A stretch of DNA of 64,000 bases from Candidatus Poribacteria bacterium (GTDB lineage: Bacteria > Poribacteria > WGA-4E > WGA-3G). The notes below the pieces were generated by a model, which saw only the letters and a list, made by a program, of their open reading frames with translations, did not search any database and was not told where the DNA came from. Positions 1 to 9,888 of the stretch are shown one piece after another (the stretch's first letter is position 1; the number at the start of each line of letters is the position of its first letter). The DNA lies in the NCBI GenBank assembly GCA_963665235.2, contig CAXXLX010000001.1, positions 2,688,001-2,752,000 on the forward strand, given 5' to 3'. The position numbers and the translations under genes are program-made.

Positions 1-1
1 G

Positions 2-187
2 CGGATTCCTATCATAAAATTCGGAATGTGTGAGGCGATGAACGTTTCGGCCATTATCGTCCATCACATAGACATGGTAGGCTGTGTCACCCTCGCGTTT
101 TGCCGTAAATACAATCTTGGCTTGTGCAAAAACAGAAAGAAAAGATAAAAGAAGGATGCCGATAAGAATACGTTGTCCGTATTTCAT
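2..187 (-). CDS. TolB-like (PD40 repeat) secreted protein, N-terminal part; runs off the window
   Basis: Manual translation MKYGQRILIGILLLSFLSVFAQAKIVFTAKREGDTAYHVYVMDDNGRNVHRLT: signal peptide plus IVF...(I/V)YVMD.DG.N..RLT motif; AAAGGGG RBS upstream. Confidence 0.7.
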   Translation of the reverse strand, partial: MKYGQRILIGILLLSFLSVFAQAKIVFTAKREGDTAYHVYVMDDNGRNVHRLTHSEFYDRNP

Positions 188-917
188 GAGAAAATCCCCT
201 TTGCGACACACAGGTACCCCCTTACTCCCCCGCAGTCGGAGGACTAGCGGGATACCAACGTGCGGTAAGACTGAAGCTGTCAGGAGGGAGGCGAAGGTAG
301 ACTCCATAGCTCAAGTCTACCTTCCGAAAAGCTTAGTCATTTCGCGGCTTTGTTAGGTCCTGATACCCTTCTGCTTCGAATTTATCTTGTGTCGCCCATC
401 CAACGTCGAACGACACTGCCACCGTGGTCAGGGCTTCCACTCGGAACACATCATCTTCGTGCCATGCCCAATTTTTCAACCCATCATAAGCCTTAGCCTG
501 TTGACACCAAGATAGGTGCCGGTAGTTTCGAAAATAAACAGGGACCCCAAACGTCAAAGAGGGGCACTCAACAACAAACGCAGCGGGTTAACATAGTAGG
601 GACCTATCAGGCTGAGTTTGTTGTTTAATCGTAACATCTTTATTCATTCTAAAATAAAGAGATAAAAAAGTCAAGAAAAAATACCTTTTTATACAAGGTG
701 ATTTGGTTTTCCATATTTTCGATCATTTTTCAAGGCGATCTCTTCATAGTATTCAGGCAAACAGTCCGCTCCTTAAGGACGCTATGTTTTATAGAAGCAC
801 AGGCCAACACACCTTGTGTCGGAAACTTTACACACCCTCTGGCAATTTTGTAGTTGACATAAATGCGTTTTTGATGTACAATTGCCTCTATATTATGAAA
901 AATAGGGAGAAAATACG

Positions 918-1286
918 ATGGCTGAAAAAGTATTTCACGTCGGAGGCGTTGAGCTCCGGGTAGATCACCGCAATTTTAGTGCGGATGGTGGCCCCTCGGT
1001 GCAGGTTTATGGCGAAGCGGATGGCGAGAACGTCCAGCTGCTACGTTTCGACTGCTTTCGCAAAAACCCACACTATCATTATGATCCGGCCGGTAAAAAT
1101 GATCATCGGAATCTTGATAAGGCGAGTGTGCCGGACTCGGTCGCGTGGACAATTGAACAACTATCGCAGAATCTTGTAGAGATGATTCGGACCGCAGGTT
1201 ATGCTGGTATCGCTGAACAGGTCGACCAAGCGGCGGTGGCACAAGTCCTGCCCGAATTAGAATCGCTTATGCGGGGCAATGCTTAA
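918..1286 (+). CDS. Conserved hypothetical protein
   Basis: 122-aa ORF with GGGAG RBS, protein-like composition, LLRFDCF..PHYHY motif. Confidence 0.7.
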   Translation: MAEKVFHVGGVELRVDHRNFSADGGPSVQVYGEADGENVQLLRFDCFRKNPHYHYDPAGKNDHRNLDKASVPDSVAWTIEQLSQNLVEMIRTAGYAGIAEQVDQAAVAQVLPELESLMRGNA

Positions 1287-1328
1287 TCATTAGCGCGCGT
1301 TTTTAAAGCGCGCAAAGGAGGAATTAAC

Positions 1329-2009
1329 GTGAATAGATGTATCGTTGTTATTGCTGTATTCATACTGACCACATTCATGGGATTTAGCACCTTTGCTGGT
1401 ACCGTCCAAGATTTAGGAAAATGGAAGAAGGGTGAGCTGCTCCTTGAAAACTATAGTTTTGAAGAGGATTTAGCTGCCTGGGAATTAGAGGATGGTGCAT
1501 GTTGTGACCGGGGCGGGTTGTATACAATGGAAATTGATAACAAAAACGCGCAGCACGGGAAGAAAAGTCTTAAAGTCATCGGTCATAAAGAGACCGGCAC
1601 GGCTTGGCATGCAAAGGTTAAACAGAAGGATGTCTCCATGAAGAAGGGAGAGGAGTACACCCTGATTTTCTGGGCGCGCTCGGAAGAACCGCGCGAGGTG
1701 GTTGTAAGCGTTCAGATGCAACACGAACCGTGGCAGAACTATCTTCAAGGGTTGCCGCGGCCCGCGATTAATTTCACGGGTGATGAGTGGGCAGAATATC
1801 ACTATACCTTCACGGCATCGACAGATGTTGTGCGAGACATGTGGATCGGTTTATCCATTGCACAATCGGATGTGGATTTCTGGTTGGATAACTTCCGCTT
1901 CTTTGAAGGACAACCGACAGATGATTTGACGCGCGAGGAGCCGTTTCCTGTTGATGCGAAAGAAAAATTGGCGACGCAATGGGCGCATATTAAAACGGCA
2001 CGTTTTTAA
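1329..2009 (+). CDS. Secreted carbohydrate-binding (CBM4/9-like) protein with C-terminal KLATQW motif
   Basis: Signal peptide, N.SFE..L..W start, YTLIFWARS, W.EY.YTF, FWLDNFRF; AAGGAGG RBS. Confidence 0.75.
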   Translation: MNRCIVVIAVFILTTFMGFSTFAGTVQDLGKWKKGELLLENYSFEEDLAAWELEDGACCDRGGLYTMEIDNKNAQHGKKSLKVIGHKETGTAWHAKVKQKDVSMKKGEEYTLIFWARSEEPREVVVSVQMQHEPWQNYLQGLPRPAINFTGDEWAEYHYTFTASTDVVRDMWIGLSIAQSDVDFWLDNFRFFEGQPTDDLTREEPFPVDAKEKLATQWAHIKTARF

Positions 2010-2043
2010 TTGGCGATTGGCGATTGGCGATTGGCGATTAGCA
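2009..2043. repeat. Heptamer tandem repeat (GGCGATT/GCAATTA family)
   Basis: attggcg repeated 4-5 times; same family at 15638-15693, 16873-16903, 17230-17262 and, inverted, at 29080-29106 and 29150-29180. Confidence 0.8.
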
Positions 2044-2135
2044 AGAGGAAGAGGGATGTGACGCGCGTCAGAACGCTGACTATAATTCAGAACGCTTGCC
2101 AAATGCTTCTTTGCCAACTGCTATGAGCCAAATTG

Positions 2136-3386
2136 CTATTCCAAATTCGCTGGGACGGGCTCTGTTTCCAATTTGCTGTGATAGGCAATAAGGATGGCAA
2201 CCGCGATGCACGTGCCGGCAATGCCTATGGGTGCAAAATTTCCAACGCGGTCTACTAACCACCCGAGCAGCGGTGCCAGGATTATCGTGGCTAAAGATTT
2301 GGATTGTCCTTCAATGGATAAAATTGTTGCACTCATTTCAGGGGTGGATTGCGCGTTGAAACGACTTATCAAACCGGGCCGCCAGAAATTCTGGAGGATT
2401 GCCAGACCGACGAAAAGCACAATTATCGCAGCATACCATTTAAACCATAGGACCGGAATCAGCAGGGCAAAAAGCAGCAGATCTATCCACCACATAAATT
2501 GCGCAGCCCCTTCGTCACCATCCCGCCACTCTGAAACACGGTGCGAATTGCGTGAGGCAAAAGAGGATAGAAAATAGAGCACAAAATAGACCCCCGCGAC
2601 AAGCAACGCGGACCGTTTCGATGCATCCAACGTTAGAAGAATAGGTAAGGCGAGGGCTGTCTGCTTAAGTACAGGTTGAAGATAATCTTTGCTCGCTTTA
2701 TACATCCCCTCAAATCCCATGCCTTCGAAAACGAGACGACGGAGAGGCGGAAATTGCACCGCCTGTTTCAAAGCGTTGCCGAGCAGACGTGTAACCGCTT
2801 TAAGTGAAAATTGACTCTGTCTATCCCCATCCAACTCAGCGGGATAACCGAGAAAGTTAACGATGTTCAGAAGATACGGAATGATTGAAAACCAGAAGAT
2901 GTCTGTAAAATTGCCGGTGTAAAATACCAGGGCCCCCGCAATAAGAACGGAAACCGCAGACCCCATCTGTGACCAGGAACGGGTAAAACCGTATATCTTT
3001 GTTTTCTCGTCTGACCTACCTTGCAAACGAAGCCAGTCGAAAATCATCGCTTTGTGTGTGCCGGTGCGAAAGGCATCGCCTAAACCGAAGAGAAACATGG
3101 CACCGAAAAGCAGTACGAGCGATTCGCTTACGGCAAACGTCGCGAAGGAGGCGATATAGGCGCAGAACGAAAAGATCATCGCGCGTCTACGCCCATAAAG
3201 GTCAGCGACTGCACCGGAGGGAATTTCAAAGAGGTTCGTGCAAATCTCCCGAAATCCGATCAGGATGCCAATCTGGAAGAAAGATAAACCTTTCTCAAGG
3301 AACGCGAGTATCAGAAATGGGTCATAGTACCGCTGATTTTTTAAGAATCCGTAGAGCGAAAAACGGAAAAGCATTGGAATTCGCAT
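2136..3386 (-). CDS. MFS transporter
   Basis: 416 aa, multiple TM segments, motif A FEIPSGAVADLYGRRR. Confidence 0.9.
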   Translation of the reverse strand: MRIPMLFRFSLYGFLKNQRYYDPFLILAFLEKGLSFFQIGILIGFREICTNLFEIPSGAVADLYGRRRAMIFSFCAYIASFATFAVSESLVLLFGAMFLFGLGDAFRTGTHKAMIFDWLRLQGRSDEKTKIYGFTRSWSQMGSAVSVLIAGALVFYTGNFTDIFWFSIIPYLLNIVNFLGYPAELDGDRQSQFSLKAVTRLLGNALKQAVQFPPLRRLVFEGMGFEGMYKASKDYLQPVLKQTALALPILLTLDASKRSALLVAGVYFVLYFLSSFASRNSHRVSEWRDGDEGAAQFMWWIDLLLFALLIPVLWFKWYAAIIVLFVGLAILQNFWRPGLISRFNAQSTPEMSATILSIEGQSKSLATIILAPLLGWLVDRVGNFAPIGIAGTCIAVAILIAYHSKLETEPVPANLE

Positions 3387-3435
3387 AGATACGACGGGGG
3401 GTCTACCTAAACGCTAAGTTGACACTTAGAAAGTC

Positions 3436-3915
3436 TCACTGTTTTTCCCAGACGTGCACGTCATAGTTTGGTGAATCAAAAGGATATTGAGCGTAGTTTG
3501 GTGTAGGTGCGCCGCTATCATCTAGTGTGAAAATAAGATGAAGTTGATTCGGAGACACACTTGTGTCCACACGTTCAAGGAACTGCAATTGGACATCATC
3601 GGCGGTTGTTATTTTCACCTTTGTCCAGAGGATGCCCTCCCCATCTGTATAGTTCCCCTCTGAGGTCTGTGCTTTATGCTGCGGTTCCGGAGGTAAGACG
3701 AAAGTTGTCCCAACCGTAAATGGCGAATCTGGGTGCGTCGTTGACATGACTAGCCATGTTGGCACCTCAACGCCGTTCTGGTCAACAACCCAAACGTGGT
3801 CGCGTTGTGGCATCGGGTCAAGCACGTCAGGCATACGTTCACATCCGGGTAACCCAATTATCAACGTGGTAATTGTTAATACAAATATAAATTTAGCTGT
3901 TTTTTCTATGTTCAT
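3436..3915 (-). CDS. Hypothetical lipoprotein
   Basis: Hydrophobic N-terminus ending LPGC (lipobox-like); AAGGA RBS. Confidence 0.6.
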   Translation of the reverse strand: MNIEKTAKFIFVLTITTLIIGLPGCERMPDVLDPMPQRDHVWVVDQNGVEVPTWLVMSTTHPDSPFTVGTTFVLPPEPQHKAQTSEGNYTDGEGILWTKVKITTADDVQLQFLERVDTSVSPNQLHLIFTLDDSGAPTPNYAQYPFDSPNYDVHVWEKQ

Positions 3916-4232
3916 GTTGAATTCCTTTGAAAAAATTAGTATAACAAAATCTAATTATACCAGATTCCTTGTGGTTTGTCAAATTTTAATCGGATGTGTC
4001 TTTTTTGATTTTTCCTTGACTATATGTTTTTAAATGTGTTATAATTTTCACTTGATACGATGCAGTGTGGTTGAGAGGGATTTCCACCATTTTTGCATCA
4101 CTATTAGATAAAACTCTCGATTTTTGACAGGCTGTCTGCCGATGCGGCAGCCAACAACATTCTCTATATTAAGATTAAGGAGGCGGGCTTTCACCCTACG
4201 TGTCAGTGGGGATTTCCAGCCCGAAAATTTTA

Positions 4233-7226
4233 ATGAAACGATTGAGCCAATTGAGTTTTCTCTTATTCGCTTTATTCGTTATTTTAGGTACCGCTACGGT
4301 GTCGGTACAAGCCGCTACTTTGAACGTCACGGTGACGGATGCCGAAACCGGCAATAAATTAGACGGTGTCTCTATTACTGTTACCCCCGCGACAGGTAAT
4401 GTTGCTACAGGCCTTAGCGATGCAGACGGTGCAGCAGGCTTTACCGGTTTAGCAGCAGGTGACTACACAATTACTGCATTTTTACAAGGTTATAGCAGAA
4501 AGGTAACAAACATCACGCTTACTACAGATGTAACCGAGTCGCTAGAGATTTCGCTATCTTCAGGCATTATTGAACTGGACCAGGTTTCCGTTACGGCATC
4601 TCGTCGGCGGGAAAAAGTACTTGAAGCCCCGGCATCGGTTGCGATTGTGAGCGATTCGGAAATGATAGACCGGGTCGCGCCGAGTGTTACGGAACACTTA
4701 AAATCTGTGCGTGCGGTGGATGTGGTAACCTCTGGGTTGGGTTCATCGTATGTTGTTGTGCGTGGTTTCAACAACGTATTTACTGGAACCCTTCTATCGC
4801 TTGTTGACAATCGTATTGCGAGTGTGCCATCGCTGCGTGCCAACGTCTACGCACTTATCCCGACTGTAAACGAAGATATTGAACAGATTGAGGTTGTGTC
4901 AGGGCCGGGGGCGGCACTGTACGGGCCAAATAGTGCTGATGGTGTTGTGCACATTCTCACGCGGTCGCCTTTCAATTCTCAAGGTACAACAGTTAGCCTT
5001 GGCGGCGGTGAGCGGAGTCTCTTTATGGGTTCGGTTCGGCACGCTGGTGTTATCAATGAAACGCTCGGTTATAAATTGTCAGCGAATTATACCCGCGGAA
5101 ACGATTGGGAAGAGGGCCGATTGGAAGATGACATCAAAAACGTAGCTGATACCGAAAAAGATTCGTTATTCGATATCCAATCAGCTCGGGGCGAATTTCG
5201 CGTCGATTATAAGCCGAATGTAGATACGACCTTAATTCTTGCAAGCGGTCTAACCCAAATCACCGGCATTGAACTGACAGCACTCGGTGCTGGTAAGGCA
5301 GATGGTTGGACTTACGGTTACGCTCAAGCACGTTTCATTCACAAAGACTTCTTCGCGCAAGCTTTTTGGAACCGAAGTGATGCCCGCGATACCTATCTAC
5401 TACAAACAGAGGAGAAGATCGTTGACAATTCTGACCTATATGTAGGACAGATTCAGCACAGTTACGGTTTTGGCGATGTGCAACGATTTACTTATGGGCT
5501 GGATGCATTGCTAACGCGTCCCGATACAGGTGGTACAATTAATGGGAAAAATGAAGAGGAAGACAATATAAACGAGATAGGTGTGTATTTACAATCAGAA
5601 ACCAATATCCTGCCGCAGCTGAAGCTGCTTGCTGCGGGCAGAGTTGATAATCACAACCAACTCAACGATATTGTCCTGTCCCCTCGGGTTGCCCTGGCGT
5701 TCCAGCCAACCGATACCCATAACCTGCGGGTAACCTATAACCGTGCTTTCAGCACCCCGGGAACTTCAAATCTATTCTTGGATATCCTGTCGGCTAAAGA
5801 CCCGTTTGGGGTGGGTGCCAATTTTAAAACGGAATCAGGTATCAACATACGGGGACAGGGTGTTTCACCTGAGAGCGGATTCACCTTCAGAAGAAGTGAA
5901 AATGGGCTTCCGCTGTTTCGTTCTTACCTTTCAAAAGACTTTGCGGGACTTGAAGCTGCCGAGTACATTCCACTTCACGACCCAACGTTTACCAATGTTA
6001 TGTGGGGTGTTGGACGCGCAGCGGTGCTAGGCACTTTTAAGGCATCTTTGAGCGAGCAGATTACCGCCGAAACGTTACCTGCGCTCCTTTTACAGCAGTC
6101 CCCGGAGGCAATCCAAGAAATAGTAGCAGGGCTGCCGGCAAGCGTGCTTCAACTTCTCCCTGCTAATTTACAGCAACCTGGGGCAATTGCCACATTGACC
6201 ACGGAAGAACTTCAACAGTTAATTCCACAAGTGCTACAAGGTTTACCAGAGCCTGTCTTAGCTGGACTTGCATCGACTATGGTAACGGACATCTCCAATG
6301 GATTTGCCGGCGTCGTTCCGGAGCAGGTCATTGGGTTGAAAAACGTCTTACGCTCGTTTGATCCGGAAACAAGCGGATTTATTGATGTTGAAGATGTAAT
6401 GGATGTTGAACCGCTTGAGCCAACCATTACGCAGACGTATGAAGCCGGTTATAAAGGCATTCTGATGAAGCGGTTAGCTTTCTCGGTAGATGTTTACCAC
6501 TCCAGAATTAACAATTTTATTAGTCCGTTGTTCGTTGAGACCCCGAATGTGTTTTTAGACGCAGCGTCAATAGGGGAAACCTTTGGTGCGCAGCTTACAG
6601 CAGCATTAGAGGAGCCGCAAAACGCAATGCTTAAGCAATCACTGCTTACCTTGGATAGTCCGGAAGCAGGAGGGAACGGGAACGGTTCACCGGTTGATGA
6701 GCTGATAAAAACGTTCGCTTCTATTCCGTTCGGTACAGTGACCCCGGAACAAGCCGTCGATCCGAACGCGGTCATGCTTACTTATCGGAACTTTGGGGAC
6801 CTTTCGATTAACGGTGCGGACCTGAGTTTGACGCTTTTCATCAGGCCGGATTTGAGTGTAGGTGTGAATTATTCGTTTGTCAGTGAAGATTTCTTTGAAG
6901 ATGTTGATGACGTTGCTGATATTTCCCTGAACGCGCCTAAGAATAAGTTCGGTGCGAATATTCAATATGCAAGTGCTGAGCATGGGTTAGGCTTAGGGCT
7001 CCGCGCGCGTTACGTGCAAGGGTTTCCAGTCAAATCGGGAATTTACATCGGTGATGTCGACTCCTACTTTATACTTGATTTGAACGCGGGTTACGCTATT
7101 CCATTTGCTACCGAACCGCGCATATCGTTGACTGTTCAAAATCTACTGAATCATAAACATCAGCAATTTTTCGGTACACCGGAAATTGGCAGATTGGCAA
7201 TGGTCCGCTTGACGCAAACTTTCTAG
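4233..7226 (+). CDS. TonB-dependent receptor with N-terminal carboxypeptidase-regulatory-like domain (alternative GTG start at 4200)
   Basis: Signal peptide, VSVTASRR, plug motif IEQIEVVSGPGAALYG, NLL near the end, terminal Phe. Confidence 0.93.
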   Translation: MKRLSQLSFLLFALFVILGTATVSVQAATLNVTVTDAETGNKLDGVSITVTPATGNVATGLSDADGAAGFTGLAAGDYTITAFLQGYSRKVTNITLTTDVTESLEISLSSGIIELDQVSVTASRRREKVLEAPASVAIVSDSEMIDRVAPSVTEHLKSVRAVDVVTSGLGSSYVVVRGFNNVFTGTLLSLVDNRIASVPSLRANVYALIPTVNEDIEQIEVVSGPGAALYGPNSADGVVHILTRSPFNSQGTTVSLGGGERSLFMGSVRHAGVINETLGYKLSANYTRGNDWEEGRLEDDIKNVADTEKDSLFDIQSARGEFRVDYKPNVDTTLILASGLTQITGIELTALGAGKADGWTYGYAQARFIHKDFFAQAFWNRSDARDTYLLQTEEKIVDNSDLYVGQIQHSYGFGDVQRFTYGLDALLTRPDTGGTINGKNEEEDNINEIGVYLQSETNILPQLKLLAAGRVDNHNQLNDIVLSPRVALAFQPTDTHNLRVTYNRAFSTPGTSNLFLDILSAKDPFGVGANFKTESGINIRGQGVSPESGFTFRRSENGLPLFRSYLSKDFAGLEAAEYIPLHDPTFTNVMWGVGRAAVLGTFKASLSEQITAETLPALLLQQSPEAIQEIVAGLPASVLQLLPANLQQPGAIATLTTEELQQLIPQVLQGLPEPVLAGLASTMVTDISNGFAGVVPEQVIGLKNVLRSFDPETSGFIDVEDVMDVEPLEPTITQTYEAGYKGILMKRLAFSVDVYHSRINNFISPLFVETPNVFLDAASIGETFGAQLTAALEEPQNAMLKQSLLTLDSPEAGGNGNGSPVDELIKTFASIPFGTVTPEQAVDPNAVMLTYRNFGDLSINGADLSLTLFIRPDLSVGVNYSFVSEDFFEDVDDVADISLNAPKNKFGANIQYASAEHGLGLGLRARYVQGFPVKSGIYIGDVDSYFILDLNAGYAIPFATEPRISLTVQNLLNHKHQQFFGTPEIGRLAMVRLTQTF

Positions 7227-7293
7227 CATTATGTAGTATAGGACTTACGCAGCACGTTGATAAGTGCTTATGATAATGGGATCTAAGGAAACC

Positions 7294-7405
7294 TAGCGGG
7301 CGGGGGGACCCCGCCCCTACGAGGTTATGTGTTAAATTCCACACACTTCTTTCCCACCGGGGATTGTCAGAGACACCCCGCCCCTACGAGGTTATGTGTT
7401 AAATT
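7294..7405. repeat. GTAG-type REP palindrome plus partial direct copy
   Basis: gggcggggggaccccgcccctac, with accccgcccctacgaggttatgtgttaaatt repeated; related REP pair at 19303-19378. Confidence 0.7.
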
Positions 7406-7501
7406 TGCGTAAGTCTTGGTAGTAAATACCCTTCTGTAGGCGGGGTTTTCAAGCCCTGTCTATAGGGGTGTATTGCGTAAAATCTATAACGGTTGTCAGT
7501 T

Positions 7502-7987
7502 ATGCCGCGTAAAAACAAGATTCTTAACATTGGCGACACTGCTCCGCTGTTTACGCTTCCCTCTCATCGGCGGCAGCGGGTCTCCCTCATATCCTATCAA
7601 GAGGAACAACACGTCGTCTTGACATTCTTTCGGGGCACCTGGTGACCGAATAGCCGCCGCCAGTTGGCAGCGGTTCAGGAGCATGTTGACGATTACGCAG
7701 CACACAACGCCACACCCATCGCTATCGCTGGCCAGTGGCCCCGTGAACTGCGCGGATATGCCGAACGAAACGGTATCACCTATCCACTACTCGTTGACAA
7801 AGAACGGAGCGTCATTAAATCCTACGGCGTTTATCATTGGCTGAGTCTGGAGGCTTACAATATTGCCAGACCTGCAACGTTTATCATCGACAAAGTAGGT
7901 ATTATTCGGTATATGTATATCGGCTCACATCAATTTGACTTAGTTCAACAGACGGTATTGTTGGAAGTCTTGAAATCGGTTGACTGA
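7502..7987 (+). CDS. AhpC/TSA (peroxiredoxin-like) protein, probable selenoprotein (in-frame TGA at 7643-7645)
   Basis: MPRKNKILNIGDTAPLFTLPS...VVLTFFRGTW-TGA-PNSRRQL continues in frame into the 7664-7987 ORF (ARPATFIIDK.GIIRY); TGA sits at the catalytic Cys position; hairpin immediately downstream. Confidence 0.85.
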
Positions 7988-8097
7988 CTTGTTGACTGCC
8001 AATTGAATTTGATTTGTTGCTATTTTTGTGATATACTATAAAAAAAATGAATTGAATTTAGGGTTTTCTGTGCTCTGTGCAATAGGGGACGGCAATT

Positions 8098-9216
8098 GTG
8101 ACGAAAGCATCAGAGACATCCGCGCGGCAAATGGCGTTGATGCAGCGTGCATTAGATTTGGCAGCGAAAGCTAAAGGTTGTACCAGTCCGAATCCGCTTG
8201 TTGGTGCAATAATTGTTAAGGACGATGAGATTGTCGGTGAGGGGTATCATCAGAGGGCAGGTGAACCGCATGCAGAGGTGCACGCCTTACAGGCTGCAGG
8301 TGAAGCGGCGAAGGGAGGCACCCTGTATGTTAATTTGGAACCGTGTTGCCATTGGGGACGAACTCCCCCTTGCACTGATGGGCTTATTCAAGCAGGGATT
8401 GGGCAGGTCTATATTGCACATCGTGACCCTAACCCAAAAGTTGCAGGCAAAGGCATCCAGCAATTACAGGACGCAGGCATAGCTGTTACGGTGGGTTTGT
8501 GTGCAACTGCGGCGAAACAACTGAATGAAATTTACATAAAACATACAGAAACGGGGTATCCATTTGTTATTTTGAAACTAGCGATGAGCCTCGATGGGAA
8601 AATTGCTACAACGACTGGCGAATCACAGTGGATTACGGCCCCGATGTCACGACAAAGGGGGCATGAAATTCGCGATGAAGTAGATGCAATACTAGTCGGT
8701 ATCGGCACTGTGATAAGCGACAATCCTTCACTCACAACCCGACTTCCGCATAGGCAGGGGAAAGATGCAACGCGGATTGTCCTAGATTCCCGAGCGAGAA
8801 CGCCTACATCTGCCAAAATTTTCAATCCGGAAAGCGCGGCGACCGTAATCATTGCTGTCACACCGCAAGCCCCTATTGAGAAGGTGAGGCAATTGGAAAA
8901 TGTAGGAGCTGAAGTCCTTGTGATACCTGAAAAAGATGGACGCGTCTGTTTCAAAACGTTGATGCGGGTTTTAGGCGAGCGCGGGGTGACAAGTGTATTA
9001 GTAGAAGGCGGGAGTGAAGTCAACGCGAGTGCCCACGCTTCAGGTATTGTGGATAAGGTGATGTGCTTCATTGCCCCCAAGTTTATCGGCGGAAAAAACG
9101 CCCCTGGCCCCCTCGCCGGTGAAGGTATTGCACGGCTAGCAGAAGCATCAGAATTACAGAGACTTACAGTCACGCAACTTGACCGTGACCTATTGGTTGA
9201 AGGGTATTTCGTCTAA
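8098..9216 (+). CDS. ribD: Bifunctional riboflavin deaminase/reductase
   Basis: SPNPLVGA, HAE, LEPCCH.GRTPPC, KLAMSLDGKIA, LVEGG. Confidence 0.97.
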   Translation: MTKASETSARQMALMQRALDLAAKAKGCTSPNPLVGAIIVKDDEIVGEGYHQRAGEPHAEVHALQAAGEAAKGGTLYVNLEPCCHWGRTPPCTDGLIQAGIGQVYIAHRDPNPKVAGKGIQQLQDAGIAVTVGLCATAAKQLNEIYIKHTETGYPFVILKLAMSLDGKIATTTGESQWITAPMSRQRGHEIRDEVDAILVGIGTVISDNPSLTTRLPHRQGKDATRIVLDSRARTPTSAKIFNPESAATVIIAVTPQAPIEKVRQLENVGAEVLVIPEKDGRVCFKTLMRVLGERGVTSVLVEGGSEVNASAHASGIVDKVMCFIAPKFIGGKNAPGPLAGEGIARLAEASELQRLTVTQLDRDLLVEGYFV

Positions 9217-9217
9217 A

Positions 9218-9865
9218 ATGTTTACAGGAATCATTGAAGAAATTGGCACGATTGCTGAGGTACATCCAAAATCGGGTGGCCTCGCTGTCAAAATCGGGGC
9301 GGAAACGGTACTACAGGATGCAAAAGTGGGCGATAGCATCGCTGTTGATGGCCCATGCCTCACCGTAACTGCACTTGAACCGGGGGGCTTCATCGCCGAT
9401 ATTAGCGAAGAGACCTGCCGCAGAACTACTTTGCGGGCCTGTAAGGTCGGCATGTGCGTCAATCTGGAACGTTCACTCCGTCTCAGTGACCGCCTCGGTG
9501 GACATTTGGTGCTGGGCCATGTGGATGAGGTTGCCACTATTAGCGGTTGGAAAGATGAGGGGCTCTCTTCACGGATGCAGGTAACGGTCAGTGCAGCTGT
9601 CCAACCGTATATCACTTATAAAGGCTCGATTACTGTGGATGGTGTCAGTTTAACTATCGCCAACGTGTTCGGGGATAATTTTGAGGTCGCGCTGATTCCG
9701 CATACGTTGAAAGCAACGACGCTTGGTAAAAAACGAGTCCGGGACATTGTCAATATTGAGGTTGATGTCGTCGCACGGTACATTGAAAACTTAATGCGGC
9801 ACACGAAAACCCCACAAACAGAGACACTTAATCTGAAATTTTTACAGGAGCATGGATATAGCTAA
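9218..9865 (+). CDS. ribE: Riboflavin synthase alpha chain
   Basis: Canonical MFTGIIEE start at 9218; GDSIAVDG.CLT, VNLERSL, GGHLVLGHVD. Confidence 0.97.
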   Translation: MFTGIIEEIGTIAEVHPKSGGLAVKIGAETVLQDAKVGDSIAVDGPCLTVTALEPGGFIADISEETCRRTTLRACKVGMCVNLERSLRLSDRLGGHLVLGHVDEVATISGWKDEGLSSRMQVTVSAAVQPYITYKGSITVDGVSLTIANVFGDNFEVALIPHTLKATTLGKKRVRDIVNIEVDVVARYIENLMRHTKTPQTETLNLKFLQEHGYS

Positions 9866-9888
9866 CAAGCTGAAGGTGAGGCAGCGTT

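Noticed and set aside
7990-8097. FMN riboswitch upstream of ribD
   Set aside because: Only ~110 bp containing a promoter-like TTGATT-N17-TATACT; no RFN consensus visible
8532-9173. Long antisense ORFs over ribD and other housekeeping genes
   Set aside because: Shadow ORFs caused by codon bias on the coding strand
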